Part shown: one piece after another, positions 46,063-54,932 of the stretch
Layout of the letters: each line of letters opens with the position of its first letter
Position numbering within the stretch: the stretch's first letter is position 1
Assembly (NCBI GenBank): GCA_964487775.1
Contig: CAZASH010000001.1
Location: 403,565 to 467,564 of the forward strand
Source: an uncultured Ruminococcus sp.
GTDB taxonomy: Bacteria > Bacillota > Clostridia > Oscillospirales > CAG-382
Length of the DNA: 64,000 nt
Reading direction: 5' to 3'
Translations under genes and position numbers: made by a program
The notes under the pieces: model-generated
Told to the model about the DNA's origin: nothing
What the model saw: only the letters and a program-made list of their open reading frames with translations
The model's database searches: none

Positions 46063-47429
46063 CAACACAGCAGGCTAAAGCACTCTATGCAGAGCGCAGA
46101 AATTTCTATGAGGTATATCCCGAAAAAAAGCAGGCGGCTTATGAATACGCCAAGGGCTATCGCGAGTTTATCGACTCTGCAAAGACAGAAAGAGAGGCAG
46201 TCGACTATGCGGTGGACTATGCCAAAGCGCGTGGCTTCAGCGAGTTTGACCCCGACAAGCATTACAGTGCCGGCGACAGAGTGTATTATGTCAACCGCAA
46301 AAAAGCGATTTATCTTGCAGTTATCGGCAAAAAGCCGATGAACGAGGGCTGCCGCATCATCGTGGCGCACACAGATTCACCGAGGCTCGACCTCAAGCAG
46401 CATCCGCTGTTTGAATCTGACAGCATGGCATATTTCAAGACGCATTATTACGGCGGAATCAAAAAATATCAGTGGCTCACACTGCCGCTTTCGTTGCATG
46501 GCGTTATCTATCGCAAGGACGGCTCGGCTGTCAAGATCTCTATCGGCGAGGACGAAAGCGAGCCTGTATTCTATATCAGCGACCTGATGCCGCATATAGG
46601 CAAGGATCAGATGTCAAAGACGATGTCAGAGGCTATTCCCGGTGAAAGCCTCAACCTTATCTGCGGCTCTATTCCCTTTGGCGACGGCGAAGGCACAAAG
46701 ACCGCGATACTCGCACTTTTGAACGAAAAATACGGCATTAACGAGGGCGACCTCATCAATGCCGAGCTTACCGCCGCTCCTGCGCTCAAATCGCGCGACT
46801 GCGGACTTGACGGCAGCATGATAATCGCATACGGACACGACGACCGCGTATGCGCCTACCCTGCTCTGACCGCTCTTTGCGAGCTCGAGACCCCCGAGCA
46901 CACCGCAATAGCGATGTTCACCGATAAAGAAGAGATCGGCTCGCAGGGCGTTACCGGACTTATGAGCGACTGCTTCAGCCACTTTTTGCAGGATCTCTGC
47001 GAGATGCAGAACACAAATTACCGCAGAATGTGCGAGAACTCGATATGCTTTTCTGCCGACGTCGGCGGCGCATATGACTCTTCGTTCGCCGCAGCCTACG
47101 AGCCCACCAACAGCGCATATCTCAACTGCGGTGTCGTCGTAACAAAATACACAGGCGCACGCGGCAAGAGCGGCTGCTCTGATGCTTCGGCAGAGGTGTT
47201 CTCGAGAGTAACAAGACTGCTCGATGCTCACAACGTACTTTGGCAGACAGGCGAATACGGCAAGGTAGATCAGGGCGGAGCAGGCACTGTCGCCGCCGAG
47301 ATCGCTATGCTCAATATCGACGTCATTGATGTCGGTGTTCCCCTGCTTTCTATGCACGCTGTTCAGGAGCTTTGCTGCAAGAGCGACCTCTATGAGATGT
47401 ACGAGGCGTGCAAGGCACTGTATGAATGA
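46059..47429 (+). CDS. M18-family aminopeptidase
   Basis: IVAHTDSPRLDLK and DKEEIGS blocks plus a C-terminal SMH motif (PLLSMHA); 456 aa. Confidence 0.8.
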   Translation: MTTQQAKALYAERRNFYEVYPEKKQAAYEYAKGYREFIDSAKTEREAVDYAVDYAKARGFSEFDPDKHYSAGDRVYYVNRKKAIYLAVIGKKPMNEGCRIIVAHTDSPRLDLKQHPLFESDSMAYFKTHYYGGIKKYQWLTLPLSLHGVIYRKDGSAVKISIGEDESEPVFYISDLMPHIGKDQMSKTMSEAIPGESLNLICGSIPFGDGEGTKTAILALLNEKYGINEGDLINAELTAAPALKSRDCGLDGSMIIAYGHDDRVCAYPALTALCELETPEHTAIAMFTDKEEIGSQGVTGLMSDCFSHFLQDLCEMQNTNYRRMCENSICFSADVGGAYDSSFAAAYEPTNSAYLNCGVVVTKYTGARGKSGCSDASAEVFSRVTRLLDAHNVLWQTGEYGKVDQGGAGTVAAEIAMLNIDVIDVGVPLLSMHAVQELCCKSDLYEMYEACKALYE

Positions 47430-47503
47430 TTTCGCTGCCTCCAAAGCCATATGCAACGGCTGCTCTGATTGCAGCAGACACAAATAGCATTTAATAATGT
47501 AAC

Positions 47504-47545
47504 AAAGCGCCCCGACACTTCATGGCTGTCGGAGCGCTTTTGTTA
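47504..47545 (+). terminator. Intrinsic terminator after the aminopeptidase gene
   Basis: aaagcgccccgaca-(9 nt)-tgtcggagcgcttt (one mismatch) followed by tgtt. Confidence 0.6.
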
Positions 47546-47575
47546 TGCAGCGCTCTTATTTGTGCACTTTTGCTA

Positions 47576-47604
47576 TTGACAATATAGAGCTGCAGTGATA
47601 TTAT
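47576..47604 (+). promoter_or_regulatory. Sigma-70-type promoter for the marR-tauE pair
   Basis: TTGACA-17 nt-TATTAT. Confidence 0.6.
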
Positions 47605-47638
47605 ATTTTTAGAAATTCTAATTTTGAAAGGTTTAATC

Positions 47639-48073
47639 ATGACAGGCATTCAAATGATGACGATGGGCAAAAAGCTGTCCAACGCATACGCCGAGATCTG
47701 TGCGCCGTTATGCCGTGAATATGATCTCAATCAGACCTGCTTTGACATACTGATGTTCGTCGCAAACAATCCCGAGCACAACACGGCGCGCGACATCTGC
47801 GAATTGCGCGGCATCAAGAGCGGCATTGCATCGGTTTCGATAGACACGATGGTCAAAAAGGGATATCTCACCTACGCCTGCGACGACGGCGACAGGCGCA
47901 AGCACAGGCTAAAGCCGACTGCAAAGTCAGAAGTGCTGATAGTCAAGGGCAGAGAACGGCAGGCGTTTTTTGCAGAGATGCTCAAAAATGGCATTACAGA
48001 GCAGGAGATGCTGATATTCCAAGGCGTTCTTGCAAAAATTCAAGACAATCTTACAGACTTCAAAACGGTTTAA
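47639..48073 (+). CDS. MarR-family transcriptional regulator
   Basis: Winged-helix region (FDILMFVANNPEHNTARDICELRGIKSGIASVSIDTMVKKGYL...DRRKHRL). ATG at 47639 follows gaaagg; the TTG at 47624 is possible. Confidence 0.8.
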   Translation: MTGIQMMTMGKKLSNAYAEICAPLCREYDLNQTCFDILMFVANNPEHNTARDICELRGIKSGIASVSIDTMVKKGYLTYACDDGDRRKHRLKPTAKSEVLIVKGRERQAFFAEMLKNGITEQEMLIFQGVLAKIQDNLTDFKTV

Positions 48074-48094
48074 ACAGGTTAAACAGGTGGCAAT

Positions 48095-48862
48095 ATGTTC
48101 AAAATTCTTATATGTATTTTAGCAGGCGTCGGCGCAGGTCTGGGCACAGGCTTTGCGGGAATGAGCGCCGCTGCGGTCATCAGCCCGATGCTGATAGCAT
48201 TTCTTGACATGGATCCGTATCTCGCAGTCGGAATCGCGCTTGCAAGCGACGTGCTCGCCAGCGCCGCATCTGCGATAACCTACGGCAAAAACAAAAACCT
48301 CGACATCAAAAACGGCTTGATAATGATGGCTGCGGTGCTCTGCTTTACCGCCGTCGGCAGCTATGCTGCGAGCATCGTTCCAAAGACGACGATGGGCAAT
48401 TTCTCGGTATTTATGACATTGCTGCTCGGCATTAAATTCATCGTAAAGCCTGTTACAGAGCCCAAAAAGCGACTGACAGAGGCAACAACCGCACAAAAAG
48501 CGATACGCTCTGTCATCGGTGGCTCGGTGGTCGGCTTTATCTGTGGATTTGTCGGAGCAGGCGGCGGAATGATGATGCTGCTCGTTCTGACCTCGGTGCT
48601 CGGCTATGAGCTCAAGACTGCAGTTGGCACAAGCGTATTCATAATGAGCGCTACCGCTTTGACAGGCTCGGTCAGCCATTTCGTCATCGGAGGAATGCCG
48701 GATATCGAAGCGCTCATCATCTGCGTAATCAGCACGCTGGCATTTGCGCAGATAGCCGCACTGTTTGCAAACAAGGCAAAGCCTGCAACGCTCAACCGCA
48801 TAACAGGCGCAATACTCGTCATACTCGGCGTGGCAATACTCGCTGTCAATTATCTCGCATAG
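48095..48862 (+). CDS. TauE/SafE-family sulfite/anion exporter
   Basis: 255-aa polytopic membrane protein with duplicated GxGGG-type motifs (GVGAGLGTGFAGM, GFVGAGGGMMM). Confidence 0.75.
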   Translation: MFKILICILAGVGAGLGTGFAGMSAAAVISPMLIAFLDMDPYLAVGIALASDVLASAASAITYGKNKNLDIKNGLIMMAAVLCFTAVGSYAASIVPKTTMGNFSVFMTLLLGIKFIVKPVTEPKKRLTEATTAQKAIRSVIGGSVVGFICGFVGAGGGMMMLLVLTSVLGYELKTAVGTSVFIMSATALTGSVSHFVIGGMPDIEALIICVISTLAFAQIAALFANKAKPATLNRITGAILVILGVAILAVNYLA

Positions 48863-48870
48863 CAAACAAA

Positions 48871-48903
48871 AAGGACTTCGAAACACAATTCGAGGTCCTT
48901 TTT
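48871..48903. terminator. Intrinsic terminator between convergent genes
   Basis: aaggacttcgaa-acacaa-ttcgaggtcctt followed by ttt. Confidence 0.7.
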
Positions 48904-48919
48904 ATGCCTAAGTATTTGA

Positions 48920-49897
48920 TTATCTGTCTTCTCTGAAATAGAGCATGCCCATTGCGGCAGGAAGCCCTGATTTTTTGTTCTTGCGCACCGACTCGATTAT
49001 AAGCACGACGGCAGTAACGATAAACGGCAACGCCTTAAAGACATACGGCGAGATGCCGGCGAGCCAGCCGAACACAGACGGGAACATATGCGCCATATCT
49101 GTTCCTCTGATCTCGAGCACAGAGCAAAGACCAAAGACGACAGTGCCGAGTATAGCACGTGCGGGATTCCAGTTGGCAAAGATAACAAGTGCGACTGCGA
49201 TCCAGCCGTAGCCGTTGACCCAGCCACCGATATTGACAAAAGCGCCCATATGGCAGCCCATATAATAGCCGCCTATGCCCATTATTGCAGAGCCTATGCA
49301 TATATGGATATACTTATATGCCTTGATGTTGATGCCGCACGAGTCGGCTGCGGCAGGGTTCTCACCGATAGCGCGCAATTTAAGTCCGGGGCAGGTACGG
49401 TTGAGGTACCACCACATAATGACTGCGAGCACGACGCCTGCATAAACGAACAACGAGTTATCAAACAATATCTCGCCGACAACAGGAATATCGCCGAGCA
49501 AAGGGATCTTGATCGGCTCGGTAGCGTCGACGAGCGGCTTGAAGTCGCCCCATTCGATAGCGTGTCCGATAAAGAAATAAAGTCCTGTGCCGAATGTCGA
49601 GATGGTAAGTCCGGTGACATTCTGGTTAGCCTGCATACTGACGGTGAGCCATGCGAAGATAAGTCCGCAGAGTGCGCCCGTGATGATAGAAAGCAGCAAT
49701 CCGAGCCAAACAGAGCCTGTTGCGGTGCCGATATAGCAGCCGAACAATGCGCCGACGACCATCGTACCCTCTACACCGAGGTTGAGGCTGCCGCTTTTTT
49801 CGACCAGGATCTCACCCATCGTGCCGTAAAGCAGAGGGATGCTGTAAACGATCATGGTATTGATCAGATTTAAAACAAAGACAAGACCTTCACTCAT
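48920..49897 (-). CDS. ABC transporter permease (BMP/nucleoside type, NupQ/RnsD-like)
   Basis: 325-aa polytopic protein, last gene of the BMP-SBP/ATPase/permease/permease operon. 8-nt overlap with the upstream permease. Confidence 0.8.
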   Translation of the reverse strand: MSEGLVFVLNLINTMIVYSIPLLYGTMGEILVEKSGSLNLGVEGTMVVGALFGCYIGTATGSVWLGLLLSIITGALCGLIFAWLTVSMQANQNVTGLTISTFGTGLYFFIGHAIEWGDFKPLVDATEPIKIPLLGDIPVVGEILFDNSLFVYAGVVLAVIMWWYLNRTCPGLKLRAIGENPAAADSCGINIKAYKYIHICIGSAIMGIGGYYMGCHMGAFVNIGGWVNGYGWIAVALVIFANWNPARAILGTVVFGLCSVLEIRGTDMAHMFPSVFGWLAGISPYVFKALPFIVTAVVLIIESVRKNKKSGLPAAMGMLYFREDR

Positions 49898-51053
49898 TTG
49901 TCACAGCCTCCTTTGTCTTTTTGCCGAAGTGGAATGTAACCTTAAAGTTGATAAAGAACTCGCACGCAAGCACGGCGAACAATATGATGCCCTGGAAGAC
50001 ATCTGCAATGCTTGAATCGATAGTGCGGAATTCGACCGACGCCTGAACCGAACCGAAGCGCAAAACCGTCATGAGCAATGAAACGACTATGATCATGACA
50101 GGATTAAGCTTTGCGAGCCACGCTACAACAATGCCCGTGAAGCCGACGTTGTCGGTGATGCTTTCAGAAAGCTTGCCGCTGCTGCAGAGATACAGAGCGC
50201 CTGCAAGTCCGACGAGGAATGCCGACACAAACACTGTTCTGAGCGTGACAGCGTTGACATTCATGCCTGCATATTTTGCGGTGCTCGTGCTGTCGCCAAC
50301 GACGCTCATTTCATAGCCATGCTTTGATTTCTTGAGATAGAAATAAAAGAGCACAAACAGCAAAAGCGCTATAATAAGTGAAACATTGAGGTCAAATTTG
50401 CCTATTGCTATCTTGGGGATACGCGTATTCAACGGCGTTGCGGCAAAGGTCTTGCGCACGCTGTTGGGGTCGAGGAAAATGCTGTACATTTCGCCTGTGC
50501 CCTCTATTCCCGAGCCTGTATTGCCGAGGAACTGCAGGGCATAAAGCGCAATATAGTTGAGCATAAGCGTAAGCAAAGTTTCGTTAGTGCCGAATTTTAC
50601 CTTGAGGACAGCAGGGATAAGTCCAAATACCGCGCCTGCAAGTCCGCCGACGATGCCCGAAACGAGCATTATTATCCAGGGCGATGTGACATTGCCCCGA
50701 ATGAGATAATAGGCGACGACATAGCCAAAGATCGCGCCGCAGATGAACTGTCCCTCGCCGCCTATGTTCCAGAACTTGATTCTGAAAGCAAGCGAAAGTC
50801 CAAGAGAAACTATGAGCATGGGCACTAACTTTTCGACAAAGCCCTCGATCTGGTTCGTGGGCACACGAGAAGCGTTCATACCGATGCTGAGCATAGTCTC
50901 AAAGTATTCAAAAGCGTTTACATCAAGCGATGCCAATATGACCGAGATGATGCCGAACGACAGAACAAAAGCTATCGCATAAAGCAAAAGCCTTTGCTTT
51001 ACCGTCACGTCGGTGCGGCGTGAGATCTGAATAAGAGATTGCTTATTATTCAT
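49890..51053 (-). CDS. ABC transporter permease (BMP/nucleoside type, NupP/RnsC-like)
   Basis: 387-aa polytopic protein that overlaps both neighbouring genes. Confidence 0.8.
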   Translation of the reverse strand: MNNKQSLIQISRRTDVTVKQRLLLYAIAFVLSFGIISVILASLDVNAFEYFETMLSIGMNASRVPTNQIEGFVEKLVPMLIVSLGLSLAFRIKFWNIGGEGQFICGAIFGYVVAYYLIRGNVTSPWIIMLVSGIVGGLAGAVFGLIPAVLKVKFGTNETLLTLMLNYIALYALQFLGNTGSGIEGTGEMYSIFLDPNSVRKTFAATPLNTRIPKIAIGKFDLNVSLIIALLLFVLFYFYLKKSKHGYEMSVVGDSTSTAKYAGMNVNAVTLRTVFVSAFLVGLAGALYLCSSGKLSESITDNVGFTGIVVAWLAKLNPVMIIVVSLLMTVLRFGSVQASVEFRTIDSSIADVFQGIILFAVLACEFFINFKVTFHFGKKTKEAVTNE

Positions 51054-52623
51054 TGTCGCCCTCCGTTATCAGGCTATCTTCTGCGATACCGACAGCCTGT
51101 CCGTCGTATTCGGTGATAGTCATCGAGCCTGTCATCATAAGTCCGAGGTCCTCTTTTGAGACCTTGTCGGCATAAACGACGCCCATCAGCTTGCCGTGGC
51201 AGATGACCATTATCTTGTCGCAGAGCGCCATAAGGACGTCAAGGTCCTCGCCGACGAACAAAACGCCGTTGCCCTGCTCTTTTTGTTTGTTGAGTATAGA
51301 ATATATCTGATATGACGAGCCTATATCAAGTCCTCTGACAGGATATGCGGTTATGATAACGTTAGGTCCTGCCATTATTTCTCTGCCGACCAGAACCTTC
51401 TGCACGTTGCCGCCCGAAAGCGTGCGCACAGGCGTCTCTGACGACGGAGTGACTATGTCAAGCTCTTCGATGACCTGATCGGCGTCCTTTTTGCCCACCT
51501 TGCGATCGACAAACAGGCCCTTTGATGCGCGATACTTTTTGAGCAGCATATTGTCTGTTATCGAGAGCGAAGGAGCAAGGCCCATGCCGAGTCTGTCCTC
51601 TGGAATAAAGCTCATTGAGATGCCGCGTTCGATGATCTTCTGCGGAGGCATTCCGATGATATTGACACCCTCGTGGATGATCCTGCCGCTCTCTATTTTG
51701 CGCAGGCCTGCGATAGCCTCGCAAAGCTCTTTTTGTCCGCAGCCTGCGATTCCGGCGACGCCCAATATCTCGCCGCCACGGATATAAAAGTTGATATTGT
51801 CGATAGCGACAGCGCCCTCGTCATTCTTGACAGTAAGCGAGCGTATCTCGAGCAACGGATGTGTTGTCTCGACAGCGGGTCTGTCTATCGAAAGCTCTGT
51901 CTTTTTTCCGACCATAAGCTCGGTCAATTGCTGCTCATTGGTCTCGCAGGTATTGACGGTGCCGACATATTTGCCCTTGCGCAGGACAGTCACACGGTCG
52001 CTGATCTCCATGACCTCGTTGAGCTTGTGGGTAATAATTATAACAGAGTGTCCTGCCGCCTTCATCCTGCGGAGAACATCAAACAGCTTTTGTATCTCCT
52101 GAACAGTAAGGACGGCGGTGGGCTCGTCGAGTATGATTATCTTGGCGCCATAATAAAGCACCTTGATTATCTCAAGTGTCTGCTTTTCGCTGACCGACAT
52201 ATTTTTGACGAGCTTTTTGGGGTCTATGTCAAAGCCGAACTTGCGGCTGATGTCTTCGATCTCTTTATAGCGGCTCTTTTTAAGCAGCAGGCTGCCGCTT
52301 TTGCCGAGCCAAACATTGTCTGCAAACGAAAAAACATCAACAAGCTTAAAATGTTGATGTACCATGCCGATGCCGAGGCGTTTTGAGTCCTCGGGCGAAT
52401 TGATTGAAACGGCCTCGCCGTTTATTTTTATTGTGCCTTTGTCGGACTTGTATATGCCCGAAAGCATATTCATTAGCGTAGTTTTTCCCGAGCCGTTTTC
52501 GCCAAGCAGGGCGAGAATCTCGCCCTGCCTGACATTAAGATCGATATCGGAATTTGCAACTACACTGCCGAAAGTCTTTGTGATGCCGTTAAGTTCTATC
52601 GCAAGATCTGTGGCAGTATTCAT
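51046..52623 (-). CDS. ABC transporter ATP-binding protein with duplicated ATPase domains (NupO/RnsB-like)
   Basis: Walker A GENGSGKTT, signature SVSEKQTLEI and LSGGNVQKV, Walker B IIILDEP; 525 aa. Confidence 0.9.
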   Translation of the reverse strand: MNTATDLAIELNGITKTFGSVVANSDIDLNVRQGEILALLGENGSGKTTLMNMLSGIYKSDKGTIKINGEAVSINSPEDSKRLGIGMVHQHFKLVDVFSFADNVWLGKSGSLLLKKSRYKEIEDISRKFGFDIDPKKLVKNMSVSEKQTLEIIKVLYYGAKIIILDEPTAVLTVQEIQKLFDVLRRMKAAGHSVIIITHKLNEVMEISDRVTVLRKGKYVGTVNTCETNEQQLTELMVGKKTELSIDRPAVETTHPLLEIRSLTVKNDEGAVAIDNINFYIRGGEILGVAGIAGCGQKELCEAIAGLRKIESGRIIHEGVNIIGMPPQKIIERGISMSFIPEDRLGMGLAPSLSITDNMLLKKYRASKGLFVDRKVGKKDADQVIEELDIVTPSSETPVRTLSGGNVQKVLVGREIMAGPNVIITAYPVRGLDIGSSYQIYSILNKQKEQGNGVLFVGEDLDVLMALCDKIMVICHGKLMGVVYADKVSKEDLGLMMTGSMTITEYDGQAVGIAEDSLITEGDNE

Positions 52624-52672
52624 ATATCAATCACCTTTAAATTTAAATGTTGATAAGGGTTATTGACAGAGA

Positions 52673-53881
52673 TTATTTCTCTTCGACGCCCTCAACGTAA
52701 TAGTTCATAGTGCCCTTGATAACGCCGTCGTCAACAGATGCGCCGCCTGCAGCAACGATAACGGTGCCGTCAGCCTGCTTGAGGTCAGCGTCGGTCTTGG
52801 TGACAGTAGCCTTGCCGTCAGCAACGGTGATGCTGAGCTTGACGCCCGAGAAAACATCCCATTCGCCGCTGATGATGAGGTTCTTGACCTGATCGATAGC
52901 GTCCTGAGTGCCCTCTTCGCAGTTCTTGGAAAGAGGAGAAACATCAACGAAGCCCTCTTTGAGGCCGCCGTAGTAGATGCCAACGTTCTCCATGAACTTG
53001 TCGGGAGTCTTCATTGCGCATTCCATAGCGGTGCGATAATAAACATTCCAGTTCCAGATAGCAGCGGTGAGGTGTGCATCGGGAGCGTCGGGAGTCATAT
53101 CGGAGTTATAGCCGCAGCCGAAAACGTTCTTGTTCTGAGCGACCATCTGAGGCTGTGCGGAGTCGCAGTGCTGAGCGATAACGCCGCAACCATAGGTGTC
53201 GACGAGAGATTCGGCTGCTGCTCTCTCTTTTGCTTCGTCAGCCCAGCTGTTGAGGGTCTTGACATAAACGTGAGCGTCGGGGTTGACTGCCTGAACGCCG
53301 AGAGCGAAGGAGTTGATGCCGCTGCAGGTCTCGGCATAATCGGTGCCGTATGCTGCAACATAACCAACGTTGTTGTTCTTGAGAGCGAGAGACTTGAGAC
53401 CTGCAGCGATGCCGGAGAGGTAACGAGCCTGATAGATTCTGCCAAAGTAGTTGTTGAACTGAGTTGCGTATGCGCCGGAATCATCGCTTGCGAGATAGCC
53501 GGTTGCATGAGAAAGGATGATGCCCTCGAATGCGGGGTCCTTAGCTGCTTCGTCAAAAGCAGTGAGATAGCCGAAGCTGATGCCGAAGATGATCTTGCAG
53601 CCCTTGGAAGCGAGAGTGTTGAGTGCTTCTTTGACCTTGGTGGTGTCTTCAACAACATTGTCGACGATATAGAGGTTCTTCTCGGGGATGCCGAGCTCTT
53701 CCATAGCCTTGGTAATGCCGTTGTGGTGTGCGAAGGTGTAGCCTGCGGTGTCATTCTGGCTGTTGATGTAGATCGCGCCAACGATGAAATCATCATTGCT
53801 GCCCTGATCGCAGGATGCGAGAGTTACGCATGTCGAGAATGCGAGGATGAGAACGAGAACGAGTGAAACAAACTTCTTCAT
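52673..53881 (-). CDS. BMP-family (Med/PnrA-like) ABC substrate-binding lipoprotein
   Basis: Lipobox VTLASC and BMP-family blocks (FIVGAIYI, GYVAAYG, GCGYNSDM); 402 aa. Confidence 0.85.
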   Translation of the reverse strand: MKKFVSLVLVLILAFSTCVTLASCDQGSNDDFIVGAIYINSQNDTAGYTFAHHNGITKAMEELGIPEKNLYIVDNVVEDTTKVKEALNTLASKGCKIIFGISFGYLTAFDEAAKDPAFEGIILSHATGYLASDDSGAYATQFNNYFGRIYQARYLSGIAAGLKSLALKNNNVGYVAAYGTDYAETCSGINSFALGVQAVNPDAHVYVKTLNSWADEAKERAAAESLVDTYGCGVIAQHCDSAQPQMVAQNKNVFGCGYNSDMTPDAPDAHLTAAIWNWNVYYRTAMECAMKTPDKFMENVGIYYGGLKEGFVDVSPLSKNCEEGTQDAIDQVKNLIISGEWDVFSGVKLSITVADGKATVTKTDADLKQADGTVIVAAGGASVDDGVIKGTMNYYVEGVEEK

Positions 53882-53941
53882 TTCATTTTCCTTTCGGTTT
53901 TGCGATTTTAATATTTATGTATTTTAATAATACAACAAAGG

Positions 53942-54517
53942 TTATCTGGTGCCAAAGGTTATGCCGTCGTCGGTCATGCTCTCGATAAGCGCGAGCGATT
54001 CGACGCGATAGCCCTGTGCACGCAATTTGTCGCCGCCACCCTGAAACGCCTTTTCAATAGCGATGGCGCAGCCGACAACAGTGGCGCCTGCCTGCTTGAC
54101 TATGTCGACCATGGCGTTGACGGCGTTGCCCTCGGCAAGGAAATCGTCAACTATCAAAACACGGTCACCCGGCAAGATGAATTCTTTGCTGATCACGGCA
54201 TTATAATCATCACCGTGAGTGAAAGAATGCCCCTTTGACGAATAGCAATCGTCAGACATATTGCTCGACCTGCTCTTTTTGACAAAAGAAACATTGACGC
54301 CGAGATAATATGCTGCAGGAACGGCAATGGCGATGCCGCTCGACTCTATGGTAAGCACGCGTGTCACGCCCGAGTCTTTATAAAGCGAAGCGATGTGCTC
54401 GCCCATCTCAAACAAAAACTTAACATCGAGCTGCTGGTTTAAAAACGTGCCGACCTTGAGCACTCCCCCCTTGCAGATCCGACCCTCAGCCAATATTTTG
54501 TTTTCGAGTGCCTGCAT
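53942..54517 (-). CDS. xpt: Xanthine phosphoribosyltransferase
   Basis: MQALENKILAEGRI...LKVGTFLNQQLD start and PRPP-binding loop VLIVDDFLAEGNA. ATG at 54517 is preceded by ggagg. Confidence 0.9.
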   Translation of the reverse strand: MQALENKILAEGRICKGGVLKVGTFLNQQLDVKFLFEMGEHIASLYKDSGVTRVLTIESSGIAIAVPAAYYLGVNVSFVKKSRSSNMSDDCYSSKGHSFTHGDDYNAVISKEFILPGDRVLIVDDFLAEGNAVNAMVDIVKQAGATVVGCAIAIEKAFQGGGDKLRAQGYRVESLALIESMTDDGITFGTR

Positions 54518-54531
54518 AGCTATCCACCTCC

Positions 54532-54562
54532 AAACAAAAACAGACAGATCAAAACCTGCCTG
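54532..54562 (-). terminator. Riboswitch expression-platform intrinsic terminator
   Basis: Minus strand: caggcag-guuuugau-cugucug (one G-U pair) followed by uuuuuguuugg. It ends about 20 nt upstream of the xpt ATG. Confidence 0.7.
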
Positions 54563-54620
54563 CCAATACAACACGGTCTCACCCCTTAAGAATATAACAA
54601 GTGAAACCGAGAAATAAAAC

Positions 54621-54686
54621 CCAATAGTCGTAACTGGACGGCGTTACGGTAGAAACATTCGAGCCTTCTATTCGAACCTATATTGG
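54621..54686 (-). promoter_or_regulatory. Purine riboswitch aptamer, guanine/xanthine class
   Basis: Minus strand: P1 ccaaua/uauugg; P2 guucga/ucgaau with a loop ending GG; J2/3 GUUUCUACC; P3 guaac/guuac with a loop containing CCGU; J3/1 GAC-UAU with C at the specificity position. Confidence 0.85.
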
Positions 54687-54726
54687 CAAATATGCGTTTA
54701 TCAGTGCCCGTACAGAGCACAGTACC

Positions 54727-54755
54727 ATAATACCAAACAAAAGGCGTTCTGTCAA
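54727..54755 (-). promoter_or_regulatory. Sigma-70-type promoter for the riboswitch-xpt operon
   Basis: Minus strand reads TTGACA-17 nt-TATTAT, about 40 nt upstream of the aptamer. Confidence 0.65.
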
Positions 54756-54885
54756 GCATTTTAATACAAAAAGCGCACTTTTTATGTTTTATACAACTCG
54801 TCTTTATCAAAACCGCCCTTTTTGGCTAAAAAGCACCATCAAGTGGCTAACGAGCTTTATTTGTCCATATGTTGTATCAAGCAAG

Positions 54886-54923
54886 CAAAAAAGCACCGCC
54901 GACGCTGTTATATGCGTCGGCGG
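54886..54923 (-). terminator. Intrinsic terminator after surface protein C
   Basis: Minus strand: ccgccgacgc-atataaca-gcgtcggcgg followed by tgcttttttgc. Confidence 0.8.
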
Positions 54924-54932
54924 ATAAGCAAC

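Noticed and set aside
54586-54810. 74-aa minus-strand ORF upstream of xpt
   Set aside because: It is occupied by the purine riboswitch aptamer and its promoter. The ORF is incidental.
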